Below are positions 26,538-41,400 of a stretch of DNA of 64,000 nucleotides, piece after piece. A program made the position numbers and the translations under genes. The first letter of the stretch is position 1. Each line of letters opens with the position of its first letter. The notes under the pieces are model-generated. The model worked only from the letters and a program-made list of their open reading frames with translations, made no database searches and was not told where the DNA came from. This DNA is from Phoronis australis (taxonomy: Eukaryota > Animalia > Phoronida), in NCBI GenBank assembly GCA_002633005.1, contig NMRA01000332.1:2081-66080 (forward strand), given 5' to 3'.

Positions 26538-28297
26538 ACACATTCTACAGTAAAACTCGTTGTCGGATCCAACCAGACCACGAGGTTTTATCTGAAAGCT
26601 AAAACAAAGTTCTGTGATGGGCAGAATCTAGCACAGCTCATGAACGTAGCTCTTCACTCATGAACATGGATGACAGACCCGTAAACTCAATTCATTGACT
26701 TACAACTGTGATCCCACATTTGCAAAACATAAAGTACAACCTGTCGACGCAGCTGGCACACAATTTGCTGAGTCGTGCTTCTGATTCTTAGTCATGGAAA
26801 TCAGTAAGGTGTTTTATGGGAGCGTACATGTAATTAGTGTTTATTAGTCAAGAGTGTTGAGTTTACAGGTCAGTGAGCCACGTCCATGAATGTGTGTTGT
26901 TCGGGTAGCCATTGTGGCATTTTGTGAGGCATGAAGCCCGTGGATTTGTCCCTCTTTCATCATCATAATACTAACCTGTTACTGCGGTCACCTGAAGTAA
27001 GACCTCGTGCAGCTTTTCCAGGTGCACAGCTGTGTACCTCGTGCGAGATGCAACAAGATGACGATTTGTCCCATTTTTCTTTAAGTTTGTAAACCCACAA
27101 GAGATCTGTTGGCTGTTAAGTGAATGTAAATTTAAGAATTTTCGAATTGTGACATAGTGACTCGCCACTCACTTTAGTTCCCTAAATGTTAAGCATCCAA
27201 CATGCAATGAGAGATCATGTCATAAACTGCATAAAAATTTAGATCTGCTCTTGAGCCGAGTTTTTCACAAAATACATTACATTAAACAACAATCAACTTT
27301 AGGCACTTACACATAAGCCAGAGACAACCAAACTTTTTTTAGAAGCTCGACCATTCGCATCTTTATTTGAAGGATGCCATGCTGTTGGGTAGTTTTTCAA
27401 GTAGAGTTATGAGCAAGGCAAATATTGTGCCCTTGTTTTCAGATTGCTTTACAGAACTTATCCGGGTCAGTTTCTGTACCAGGTCAAAGAACAGCAGAAC
27501 ACAGTTTAACCTCGTAACAGAGTACAAGGGATCTTTGAAATTCCAACATTATAACGGTAGTTGAGACCAGGGTAGACTTGTATGCTTGAGGTAAAGTGGG
27601 ACTTGCAGGTTGTCGTTAACTGTGTACCTTGCGCCAAAGTTAGGTTGTATATACACATTCACAATACGAGGTGGAACAACTGTTGAAGTGTTATTTTATT
27701 TAGTATCTCATGAAGAAGATAGCCAATTTGTTATGACGTATCATAGGTTGTAAATATTTAGATTGTCGAGATCAGTTGACATAAGTAAACAAGAAATTAA
27801 AGATGTGTTTATTTGTATTTTTATATTAATCATAAAATACAATATTCAAATTTGTCTTTTTAACAACAATGAATCCTCCATGATTCCTTGCACCATACTG
27901 TCAAGTGCACAGTTAAAACCGGCACAAATGTTATCAACAGCCAATTATTAACAATTTGTCACTTGTGCAACCGTATCCTGGCCAACTTATACCAAGATCA
28001 TATCGAACCATTATACTGGAATTGCATGCACATAAACTATGTCAAAGTCATTGACAGTTAAACAGATACTTGTGTAGGGTTATGATAACATAGCTACACT
28101 TGCTGACCAACTCTAAATGAACAATAAGAATGCTTTAGTTATGCCTCAGCTAAGTAATGCTGCATTTGCTTAGAGTGTTTGGCGACTTAAGTTACAAAAT
28201 CGTTTTAAAATTAAGAAACAAACGAGACTAGAGAGAGCTCAGAAACCAACACCTTGAAAAGTTGTAACCATACATACATAGGCATGATGATATCACA

Positions 28298-28320
28298 GTG
28301 AATGAATGAATGAATGAATG
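28298..28320. repeat. (GAAT)n microsatellite
   Basis: GTGAATGAATGAATGAATGAATG between the TRIR and AP3D1 3' ends. Confidence 0.8.
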
Positions 28321-29473
28321 CATGCAGCCTACAGCTGATGCCATTCATATGCAGCAGTGTCTGCAGGCAACAATTAAGTCTCCGGCCTTCCTAACGAGAA
28401 CCAAAATGGCATCTTTCACAGAGCAAAGTTAGCTGGTAACCTGAACAGGCAATTTGTTACTACTATCTCTGTCAGGATAACGGACAACTTTACTTTCTGA
28501 GCATACCACCAGCAGTAATTCTCCGTAAACTGAATTTTTTTTACTATGTTGAAAGAGTTCTTTACAACACTCACTGATACGAAAGTTTCTCCCAAGATGG
28601 TGAGATGGCAGTTGGGATCAATCCTTCACTGATTTATCCACAAACCAACATCTTGAGAACTGAAACTGACATTAGATTATTGACTGATGTACTTTCCAAT
28701 GTGAACTAATTATGTGAAATCATCTAAACAGCAACGGAAAACCAAGATGGCATCAAACCTATCTTGCTTCGCCTGAAGCAAGATAACTCCCCACTTGTGC
28801 TACATGTACACAACTTGTATTGCTTACTTCGGACAAGTTGTCTAAATCTCTGTAATGACTAGTGCTCAATCCTAAAGCAGATGACACACCTCTTTATTGA
28901 ATCCTCAAAACCCAGAAACTGCTGCACACATTAGTAAAAATTTACTGTACACTTCAATTATACACAAACTACTGAAATGAAAACCAACACAATTCAAGTA
29001 CCCCGTTCACATGGTGATGGTTTGACCTTAAGGCTCGCCAAAAATACTGCACTTCCATATGGATTAACAGGAGCGTATCCATTCTTATGACCTCTTGACA
29101 AATAGTTAGATTTCCACCAATTTATAATCACATAAAATGTGTGCGATCATAGTTCAGGAACAACACGAGACTACTAATTAACCAGCAAAACTGACTGTTT
29201 ACACAAGAGGAGAACTTGCATAAGAACACACACGTAAACACTGGAGGACCAGATGTTAATCCGCTATGAAATGAACAGTGTATGAACAATAACATTTATC
29301 ATGCCAACGCTACTACCAGATAAGACTGCTAACGCAAATGCATACTAGCTCCTAATGAAATGTTAAAAAGAAGACCTGTGATGCCAGATTTTTTTGGAGT
29401 AGATGATTTGTTTGAAGGACTCCTACATTAGCCAACCACAATAACTTAACAAACAAGTTAACTTAGAAGAAAT

Positions 29474-32400
29474 TTAACTCGTTTCAGAAAGAACTGCCTT
29501 GATATCGTCGAAAACATTTGAGAGAAGGGTTGCATCAGTACTCTTTCCATCCAAGCTCAAACCTTTGTTCGCCTGTAAAATAAAACGATTAAGTGTACCT
29601 AATTAAAATAACGTAGAAAATAAATCTGAAACTAAATAAGGCAATCCAGACCCTCCCAAGGATACTATTGTTTCACGAAATGTAGAACATAAATCGGTAA
29701 ATAAAACAACAAGAATGGATCAACTGAAATTTGAAATTTTCGGATGTAATAACTTCCTTTGTCAACAGAAACAGAAACAGAAATAGTAATGGGAACAGCT
29801 GCAGACATTTTCTACGATAATGTATGTCTAAGGATTTGAGATATGTGCCTACCAAGGATTCTTAAAAGAGTCCTCCATTAACAAAGAACCCTTATGGGAG
29901 GATCTTCCAAAATCAAAAAGTTTGAAAAGGTCTCCCATGGTGTTTGGACTTCTATTTCAGTACCTAAATTGCCAACGGAGTAAATCCTAGTTGGCATTTT
30001 GAGTAATCCTGAGCGCAATATCAAAAATACCATCAAGAATATTTGTTTCTCACTGGTTTGTTGTGTGATGTCTACAACAAAGCCTAGGATATGAAAGTTA
30101 AAACAGAAGCTTTAATAGTCTCACCAGCTGTTTAACTAGAACGCAGACATGGTGCCCCTGTATCGTCTTGGCATACAACGAAGCGTTTTCTTCTACCTGC
30201 TCAACAACTGGAAACAAAAAGTTTAATCAGGTTACACGTCTTGAATGGACTATGAACACTAAATTTTCATATACAAGGGACCTCACTTAACTCGGCACCT
30301 TGAGGACTACAAAAACACCACATCTCCGAGTATCATCATCCCTTTTATGATTCAAGACCGATATACATATGTTGCCATAGCGATGATGGCCGGATACATC
30401 AATTTGCACATCATCGATTTCTGACGAACAGAATTGAGTAGTCTGATAAAGTTCAGATACACGTTTTCGTCATGATTAAATTCATATTTCAAATCTAATT
30501 TCATTGTAAATGAGTTTTCCTGTGACTATCAGTAAAGTTTGAATAAAAACAACTACCAAAAACTTCGCAAGGGCTGTTCCAGTAAAAAAATGTATGATAG
30601 GGGGAAGGCACTTTCATTTCTTACCCACTGCCCATATTTTTCTTTAATTTCTCCCACCATAACCCATAACTTTTAATTAGGTTGAAATATAAAGTGGTTT
30701 TTGAGATATTAATCAACCTGTCTTGTCAAAAACTAAAATGGCCAACAGGGGTTCTACAGCAGCCAAATCCGTCCGAAAATCAACTGCTGCTGGTGCATAC
30801 ATGTACCAGCCATCTATCGCTACGCCAAATGTCATCATGATCTGTTGAGCAGTTTCAAGATAATCGACAGACAATCAATGATTCGAGCAGTCGAAAACTA
30901 AGAGGGGGTGTCACAGTAGTTGAATTCGTCCAAAAATTGACTGGTGCAGACACATTCTTGCCATATACCTATTTCGAATTTCTTCGTGATCCGCCAAGCA
31001 ATTTTTGAGATAATCAGTGCACAAGGAATGGCTTCTCAAAACAAAGCGGCCAACATGGGGTATCAAGGTAACCAAATCTGCCTGAAAATTGACTGGTGCT
31101 GTCACATCCCAGCCAAGTACCTCTATACTAAATTTCATCATGATCCACCAAGCAGTTCTTGAGTTAATTGATGGACCGGCCACAAAGTTTTTCTGGGTGC
31201 AGAGAAATTCCATGTTAGATCACAACTCATGTCAGTTGCCACAAACTTGGTTTTCAAAGACACCTGTGAGTAATATTTTAGGCAGCCAGCAGGTGTTTAT
31301 GTCGAGCATGTGTCTCTGTAATTTCAACAAGATTTTCTCAATTTCATGGATCTATGAATCTCGAACTGTTTCCACGAACACTTTAGGTTGCTATGCCAAG
31401 TGAACATTGAACTTGGCTATCCGACTCCTCATACTTTTAACTTAAAAAATCATCAATTTTCTTAGATATGTTAACACCAATTTAGTGTTGCAGTAATTTT
31501 CATTCTAATATGACTGCAGTCCGTCTCAACCACATGGGCTTGTAATCAAGTTGCCCATGACTTGATCAATGGCATAGCATACATACTGCAACAAGGGCTT
31601 TCTTGTTTTGTTTTGTTTTGTTTTATTTGTTTCGGGAGATTTTTGGGTATCTTCCTATTGAATTTTTGGTGAGTTTTGATTTCTTTAGAGATGTGGTGGA
31701 CTGAGAATACCCACTTTTCTACACTAACAGAAAAAACACAACCCAGTTTTAATGATTAACTTCTTTCAAGGAGGACCACCCATAATTTTCTTTGGAAGAC
31801 CAGTATCCATAACTTTTTATTTCAACTGCAGTCCCCCTCCCACAAGGATTTTGCTGAAACAGCCCTATTCACTTGTGTATATTTTTCAAGTTTTCTTGAC
31901 TACTCAAACGCATCGCACATAGGTGATGTGCTCAAGCTCCACAATTTGGCGCAAGCTGATTGAATCTTTACAATTCTATCCTGACTTTGACTGGCGGCTC
32001 TTCGCAACATTGTTTGTTACAAAGCACACTAGTTTGCATGAAACCAACCTGTAAATACCCATGACCATTGGTGATGACTTGCGTGGAAAATTTTACACGT
32101 AAATGTCAGGACAGATTCTACTTTCGGGGACTTAACAGCGAATGCTTACATGTATATGAACATGCCTGAAATCGGGACCAACAAGAAATGACGACTTATG
32201 TAGACTGATGAGTTATGAGATAACGAGTTAAGCTAGGTGGCTTGTATAACCCTATTGTCATCAGTTTGCAACCTCTACTAACCACGTATCACAATTGTGA
32301 CTTTGTCCTAAATGAAAACATGGAATATCATAAGAACGAACTATGAGCCATAGAGCATATCCACTAAAGCATCTGCTCGAACAATTAAATTGTACCACCA

Positions 32401-35400
32401 AACCACAATTATATCATAAGTATGAAAAAATCACGCCAATATGTTGCATAAGCAAGTGGTTTTCTTTAAAGAGGCATGGAATGCGAAAGCTCATCAAAAA
32501 TGGTTTAAACAATTCATGACGAATGTGCCATCTCGCAATGTTTAGTACAGCGTAATTCACTTTACCCAGTGAGACAATTTCCAAAAAGATCACAAAATTT
32601 ACAATTTTCGAAATACTCCAGATGGAAAATCTCTATGGTTACCACAGAGTTTCTAATCTCCCTCCTACATGATAAATATGTACATGCGCTCACAATCAGT
32701 TTCTTGTATTCGTTTGAGGTCAAATGTTACATTTTCCATATAAGGGAAATGTGCTATGGCTATGTCTTGCCCTACCAAATAAATAGATATGTTTTTCCTT
32801 GTGGGACAAAAATCGACGAAGTGGCGAGCACTAGACAGCTTGTTTTTTAAAATTTGAAAGTAAACAAACGTTAACAATTCTTACGAACAAACTCTAAAAA
32901 TACCAGGTGAGCAAGTTGAATTATGTTTCATAAGCAGAGAACTACTTTCAATATTGCAATATAGTCTGTTTATTGTTTAAGTCGTTCCTTAATTTTGATC
33001 AAAATTGTACGGTATAATGAGGCTCTTAAGATATTCCTGTAGTCTAAACACCTAGCCGACATATCAATATTTCTTGGATGAATGTGAAAGAGGAAGCAAG
33101 TGTAAACCAACAGCAGCGACACTTCCACGTCATCCGAGCTAACAGCCAATCAGATTTGTAGAGAAAGGAATTGTCATCTACAACATGGGAAAAGCTGAAC
33201 GCAAGATGCCATTCACATTGGGTACATGTTTACTTACTACTGAAATGATTGTGGAAGCAAATCTTTGCTAATATATGTGAAAATTCGCTGTCGGCAGTGT
33301 TGAATTTCGATGAGTACTTTTCTGCTAGTTTGCCGCTTGCTAATAATTCGGTGAACTGGGAGCTGAAACACAACACACAAGTTAGACTACCTGCACCACA
33401 TAATAACTTAGAAATCAGAGAGCTGAAGAAAAGTAAAAATTTGGCTAACTCTGAAACATAATACCTTAGGAAAGGCCGGTCAGATTTACATGAACCTATC
33501 AAATACCCTAATTTTATAATATCCAATTTATATAACCTTATTTCCAAAACATCGTTGCCAATTTATTTGTAAGAGTGTTCGCATAAGGCACCACTAAAAT
33601 AATAATTTTTGTACTCCTTATGGTAAAAAATTCGAATTACATGACTGAAAAATGAAAAAATATTTCAGAAAACCATAACAGCATTTTCAAGACTTTAAGT
33701 TTCATTAGATTCTGATCAGCCATATCTGAGATGTGGTTTTCCAAAGTTAGTCAAATTTAGACGATTTTCTTGGGTCCTTGATTTACTCGCCTGTCTTAAT
33801 AGTTAGTATGAATTATTCGCCTGTCTTAATAGTCAGTAAAAATACACTAACGCCAAAAATAACAGGGTAAAATTTCCTTCAATTTCCAAGTTGCGCTTTG
33901 TTCTCTAAAAAGAATGTGAGGAATTGTTAGTTAAATGGTCTGCTTTTACAAGAGGGACAATTGAAGAATTTTCATGACAACAAACATAACTTGTATGAAA
34001 TGATATGATAATTTATCATCCCGAACATTTGTAACAAATGAGCTTTGGTTAGTATACATTATTGATACTGTTGGTTAGTATACATTATTGATACCGTTGG
34101 TTTGCTAAATCATCAATAAAAAGACGATTGAATCAATAGCTGATTGGTATAATGGCAAGGATAAACTTCTACATGCTTTATACTATTTAAAGAAAACTTA
34201 AAGTTTTGTAGATAATTGACTGAATTCATAGACTTGTTGACAAACTCCTACATGAGCTTAAGTCAAAAATCAAATCGTACAGGCTTCCTGCTTTGAGATA
34301 AAAAATACAAGCACTTTCAGTCGAGAGGAACCATGGAAATAAGTGCGAACATTTTATTTGATAGAAAAAAAAATCAGCTTGATGTTGTCTACAACAGACA
34401 TTCAAAACGCAGACAACACACTCACCTGTTACATGGAATTGGTAATAAATACGAAGAGACTGGAAAGCTCAGACGGAAATCTATCTTATCGTGGGTGCTT
34501 CCCTCTTCAGTCTGAAACAAGAAACATCAACAAAACAGTCAGTTACAGCTAACAAAGAAACGCTAATGAACTTAAAAAAAATTGTACAATTGCTTTTTGA
34601 ACATGCAAAAATCGAACCTTCACTTAACACATTCAGAGATCTGTGGAATGTTTGTTCTACTTCATGCCCTTTTCCCTTCTGATAAGGTGGATGAGGGTAG
34701 TCCAAATGAACAGTCCCACTACATCCAAATAATGCAAGTTTTTGAGTATTGATTTCTGGGCTTTGGAAAAACAGACAAACCACTGCTGCTGAAGACTGTT
34801 CAAGAGTCTGCGATCTGTTCAATTCAATATACCAAAGTAATACGACCAATAGTCCAATGGGGGAACAGACTAATTCTATGATTGAATAATAGGTGGAGAT
34901 GCTATAGCATTCACATGCTTCAATGAGGTTCACATGTTGTGCAGTTAAAGCATACGATGGCTTACAATCTTTTTCTGCTCGTTTAAAGTTGTACATCTTA
35001 AACACCAACTTTTATACAGCAGATATTGCAGACCAAATTGGGACAATTGGACACATTTATGCCACAACAAGTACCTTAACAATGTAGGTGAGAGTACCCT
35101 TTAACTTCTGAGTCATGCTAATACTTTGCACTTGAAATGCAAACTGTCCCTCGTTCTGGGCACCTGGTAGCAGGATGAATGGCACTTTGACCGGATCGTG
35201 TTGGGAAGCTCCAACCTAGAAACCATAATGGTGACACATGAATGACAAGCAAACTATTCACTGACACGCTCAACCTTGAGCATGACCTACAAGTCAATTA
35301 TGTAACAGACAGATAATTAGATGATGTTGGATATTGAGCAAAGCTGCAATATACTACATTACTTATAAATAGCACTTGATCCTTGCCTCCTTGATTCAAA

Positions 35401-38400
35401 CTGACAAAAAGACACAAACAACAAGTGAGGCATAGTTGGCAGATTAACATTCTAAAATGAAGCAGAAATCTGATAACTCACACATGTGTAATATTTATTT
35501 CACAGGCCACCGGCCTTTTGAAATCATAAACTCATACTTTGTATTGTGTGATTCACAATGAATTGCTGACTCGATGCCACAAAATGTTAACTTCGAAAAT
35601 AGTACACCGTCCATGATATCATCTTGTTAATTTGCGAAACGGAAGATTTGAGAGTCTCGTAATTTCATGATTTCTGATCATAAAAACGGAATTTTCAACC
35701 TTCTAGTTTACAATAGTGACCATAACAGTGACGTACATCACAGATCTAGGTAACACTTGACAGTTGCAAATTATTAAAATATGCCTAAAGTGATTTACAT
35801 GGAACATTTTACATTAACCATGCAATACCTGTAATTACACACCCATCTGATTACCTCTGCACAGAAACAAAAGTCAAACCATTGGTAAAATGCTTTGCTC
35901 ACATGTGTCCAGTTTAATTAAACACACATTGTTTACATGACTAATTATACATTAACAAGAATATCAGCATGCATTTAAACAANGAACTGTTCGTTAAATG
36001 ATCCGCTTTTACAAGAGGGACAATTGAAGAATTTTTATGACAACAAGCATAACTTGCATGAAACGATATGATAATTTATCATCCAGAATATTTGTAACAA
36101 ATGAGCTTTGGTTAGTATACATTATTGATACCGTTGGTTAGTATACATTGTTGATACTGTTGGTTTGCTAAATCTTCAATAAAAAGACGATTCAATTAAT
36201 AGCTGATTGGTATAATGGCAAGGATAAACTTCTGCAGGCTTTATACTATTTAAAGAAAACTTATAAACTTTTGTAGATAATTGACTGAATTCATAGACTT
36301 GTTGACAAACTCCTACATGATCTTATAATAAGTCCAAAATCAAATTGTACAGGCTTCCTGCTTTGAGATAAAAAATACACGCACTTTCAGTTGAGAGGAA
36401 CCATGGAAATAAGTACGAACATTTTATTTTATAGAAAAAAATCAGCTTGATGTTGTCTACAACAGACATTCAAAACGCAGACAACACACTCACCTGTTAC
36501 ATGGAATTGGTAATAAATACGAAGAGACTGGAAAGCTCAGACGGAAATCTATCTTATCGTGGGTGCTTCCCTCTTCAGTCTGAAAAAAGAAACATCAACA
36601 AAACAGTCAGTTACAGCTAACAAAGAAACGCTAAAGAACTTTCAAAAAATTGTGCAGTTGCTTTTTAAACATGCAAAAGTCGAACCTTCGCTTAACACAT
36701 TCAGATATCTGTGGAATATTTCTTCTAGTTCAGGCCCTTCTCCCTTCTGATAAGGTGGATGAGGGTAGTCCAAATGAACTGTCCCACTACATCCAAATAA
36801 TGCAAGTTTTTGAGTATTGATTTCTGGGCTTTGGAAAAACAGACAAACCACTGCTGCTGAAGACTGTTCAAGAGCCTGCGATCTGTTCAATTCAATATAC
36901 CAAAGTAATACGACCAATAGACCAATGGGGGAACAGACTAATTCTATGCTTGAATAATAGGTGGAGATGCTATAGCATCCACATGCTTCAATGAGGTTCA
37001 CATGTTGTGCAGTTAAAGCATACGATGGCTTACAATCTTTTTCTGCTCGTTTAAAGTTGTACATCTTAAACACCAACTTTTATACACCACATATTGCAGA
37101 CCAAATTGGGACAATTGGACACATTTATGCCACAACAAGTACCTTAACAATGTAGGTGAGAGTACCCTTTAACTTCTGAGTCATGCTAATACTTTGCACT
37201 TGAAATGCAAACTGTCCCTCGTTCTGGGCACCTGGTAGCAGGATGAATGGCACTTTGACCGGATCGTGTTGGGAAGCTCCAACCTAGAAACCATAACGAT
37301 GACACATGAATGACAAGCAAACTATTCACAGACACGCTCAACCTTGAGCATGACCTACAAGTCAATTATGTAACAGGCACTAATTAGATGATGTTGGATA
37401 TTGAGCAAAGCTGCAATATACTACATTACTTATAAATAGCACTTGATCCTTGCCTCCTTGATTCAAAGTGACAATAAGACACAAACAACAAGTGAGGCAT
37501 AGTTGGCAGATTAACATTCTAAAATGAAGCAGAAATCTGATAACTCACACATGTGTAATATTTATTTCACAGGCCACCGGCCTTTTGAAATCATAAACTC
37601 ATACTTTGTATTGTGTGATTCACAATGAATTGCTGACTCGATGCCACAAAATGTTATCTTCGAAAATAGTACACCATCCATAATATCATCTTGTTAATTT
37701 GCGAAACGGAAGATTTGAGAGTCTTGTAATTTCATGATTTCTGATCATAAAAACGGAATTTTCAACCTTCTAGTTTACAATAGTGACCATAACAGTGACG
37801 TACATCACAGATCTAGGTAACACTTGACAGTTGCAAATTATTAAAATATGCCTAAAGTGATTTACATGGAACATTTTACATTAACCATGCAATACCTGTA
37901 ATTACACACCCATCTGATTACCTCTGCACAGAAACAAAAGTCAAACCATTGGTAAAATGCTTTGCTCACATGTGTCCAGTTTAATTAAACACACATTGTT
38001 TACATGACTAATTATACATTAACAAGAATATCAGCATGCATTTAAACAAGAATTCAACAACTACTTCAGCAGGAGCACGCAGGGCTTGGAATGACCCATG
38101 ACAAAAAAGCGGAAATTTATACGGCCCTAAACAGGCACGCACCCAGCCTTTGAAAATGTCGATGCAGACCCTTTTGCCGACAAAAATCGGGAGGACTAAA
38201 AAAGCCACCTCCAGAAGTGTGCGTCTGCGTCTTTTTAGCTCGTCCGTCCGCTCCCATCTCCACACATTTTTGGCTGCGGAGTCGTAGTATTTGTCACCGC
38301 GGTTTACAGTCACACGAGACGCCATTCAACAAATCCACCACGCTATCCCAGGTGCCCCGGCAATGTTGACAATTTACGTTCCTCCGAAACGTAAAGAGTA

Positions 38401-41400
38401 ACTTCCGCTTTTCGAGGTGAAAGTTGTCGGCAAAGCCGCGGTAAGAAAGAAATTTGCCGTGGAAATTTTATATCAAATCCGATTTTTTTTACACGGACAG
38501 AACATTTGAAAAAAGTGGAAATCCGCGTTTCCGCGGAAAATTCCAAGCCTTGAGCACATGACCTACCCCTCGTGTCAGCTTCATATTCATGGAATCCATC
38601 ACATTGAACTCCAGGTCCTTGATACAGCTAGACGTCAGGTTGGTGAAGATGACCGAGGCCACCACACTATTGGACTGTTGCGGGTTCACTCGAGTTTCAT
38701 ATTCCTGAAATAGTACGGAGACCGTAAAGTGTTCTAGATACTGTCTGCAGACCAATGATGACAACTGTTAAAACTGTTGGTAGAGCATTGGTTCTGGACA
38801 TACACGTCAACCGTTAGGATGCAATTGCGAACTAATTAATTTAAGACGCTTGATAGGATCACATTCACAGGCTACTGAGGAAAACCACAAGGACAGATAT
38901 TCATGACAGCAATAAAGATGGCGATTCTCAGCTATCAATCAGAATGCTTTGAGCGCAGTAAGCTATAGATGAAAAAGCATTAATTTTTTGAAAAGAGGAC
39001 AGAGTTTCTAAACCATGCATTAGAATATTAATAAAATCATGCCAAGAAAATGTAGAAGATGGCATATTATAATGAAAACAGGATAATGTTGTAGCAGGGG
39101 CAGATCCAGGACTTTTTAAAAGGGGGGTCGTTGGATCAAGAAGTTTTATGAAAAAGGGCTCCAATCAAAAGTTTGAAAATTCTAGATTTGACATCATTAA
39201 AATTAATGGAAAAAAGGAGGGGTTCAGATCCCCTAGCTCCCACTGGATCCACCTATGTGCAAGATGCTGGAGACACCATGGTGGCGATGTTAAGACTGGA
39301 TACAGTTGCACTGAACTTGCGATGAGAAATCATCACTTATCGAACACACAATTCTGAGCCATAGTTTATGAATTCCATCCCAAAACACTTTAACCTCACT
39401 GACCAATCACTTAAATAAGTGATCGTCATTTTGCAAAGTTACAATGTCTAGTAGGGTCTCTAGTACACTTGCCAATCGCCCCCTTTCACTCGCGTGATTT
39501 TACGTGATGTCGCTTTTCGCACAAAAAACTTCGCCTACGGATTGTTACCCAGGGTTGAGTTCTGTAGACACAAGAATCTAGCAAATGAAGCTACCTAGGT
39601 GTGGTCACTCACTTTGCAAGCAATACACATCAATATCTCCCTAAGTGTTTCCTAATCTTGCATTTTCATGAGGTTCTCACATCTAAGGAACACACACCTG
39701 ATGATTAGCTAAGCCTAATTGAACATTATAACATGACAATTGAATATCCATTAAAAAACGCGCAGCGCAATACTCACTATCTTCAAGGTCTTGTTATCAC
39801 CAAGGACTTTGTACCTAGACATAGCCTGCAAAGTACACAACATAAGTAACTACCAAATCATTTTTAAAAACTTTCCATGCATGCAGTCGCACTGCACTAA
39901 ATCACAACCACGACTACGGACAGAACACTGAGCCTACGCACTTCAGGTCACATAATTAAGGCAAACAAACTAAGAAAAAAAGGACTACAAGCCTCTCTGA
40001 CATGTCTAATTCACAAAGGCTTACTGTGCTATTTAACCCAAGTCCATCGCATAGCTTCTTGAGGCTGAAAGTTGAAAATCCTGCCACAAATACAACTTGA
40101 CCACACACCAATGACGAAGAGCTCCATGTCGCTCACTTGTAAAAGTTTGTCACAAGTAAGACTACATCTGTTAGGTAAGCACTACTCCACTGCACCTTCA
40201 TAACGACATTTGAGGACAGGTTAGTTTAAATACCCAGGAAGGCTTCAGGTATTTAGATAAAACAAACACCAAGCCCCTTGAGGACAGGTTTAAGTTTATA
40301 CCATGGAAGCTTCAGGTATTTAGATAAAACAAACACCAAGCCCCTTGAGGACAGGTTTAAGTTTATACCCAGGAAGGCTTTAGGTATTTAGATAAAACAA
40401 ACACCAAGCCCCGGGTCTATTTACTCGAAATTGAAATAAAAAAAAGTTTCTCACATTTTCTGTTTTACTTTAGCACAAACTCAATGTAAATGTCTATTGT
40501 TCTGAACTGGAGTGTGTCGGTAGTTTATATAATCCTATTTTGCACTTGATGACCCCAGCACTAAAGCTATACGTTATAGTTTGAACTCAAAATGTTGAAT
40601 TGTTACTCGAAATCTCGAGTTTTCACTCAAGTTTCTAGCTCAAATCTAGGAGTCAACAAGCACAAATTTGGACTATACACTCTATTTCATAATCCATAAC
40701 TTGAACACAGAATGACAGGAAATTATCTTTGAGTTAAATGAGGTATTGTTTGGCAGGCATAATGCATGAACATGTTATTAACTTGGTCTGTTTGGTCAAA
40801 TATACTTGTAAAGCCAAATTCTGTGTTTGCAGCTACTCAAAAACAGACCCTGTAGATATCACGAGTTTAAAAAGTAATTTTCTGTAATAACTATGAATAT
40901 GACCTATTCATTGAAAGGTGTGCCCCTGTGACTCACTTATTTGTGTAATTTTCGTCTTTGATAATATTCTGGTGTATCTATGCGCGTGTGTGTTTGTGTA
41001 CTACTTTGTGTGCTGTCAGACATTCTGTTCAATAAATATATATAAAAAATAATTCAGTAACACGATTAGACCCCAGGTCCAGGTTATCATTAATCATGCT
41101 GAATAGATCACCAGTTGCAATGTAACTAATGTCAAGTCTGTGCGGTTTAGTAAGCCAATGCCGAAGTCAACACAGTCCTTATGCAGCTTTATGTTATTGA
41201 GTATCAGTACACTAACCGGAAGTTGTGACATTAGATCGGGAGCCGGTGAGGCAGAGTTGACATGTTCTTTAGACGGTGTTGACATTCCCTCGGCTTCCTC
41301 GTAACCAGATTTCTTCTTACTTCCTTTTTTCTCCTTCTTCAGTTTCTTCTCTTTTTTCTTTTTAGGCTTCTGTAAATATGCAAAGTGTTAGTTTTACAAG

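Noticed and set aside
34481-37076. Paired ORFs of 175 aa and 144 aa (MVFKMYNFKR...)
   Set aside because: Intronic sequence inside the duplicated block, with no recognisable domain; the two copies differ in their stop position.
40210-40412. Repeat array considered as CRISPR-like
   Set aside because: Units are contiguous with no unique spacers, the context is a eukaryotic intron, and there are no cas genes.
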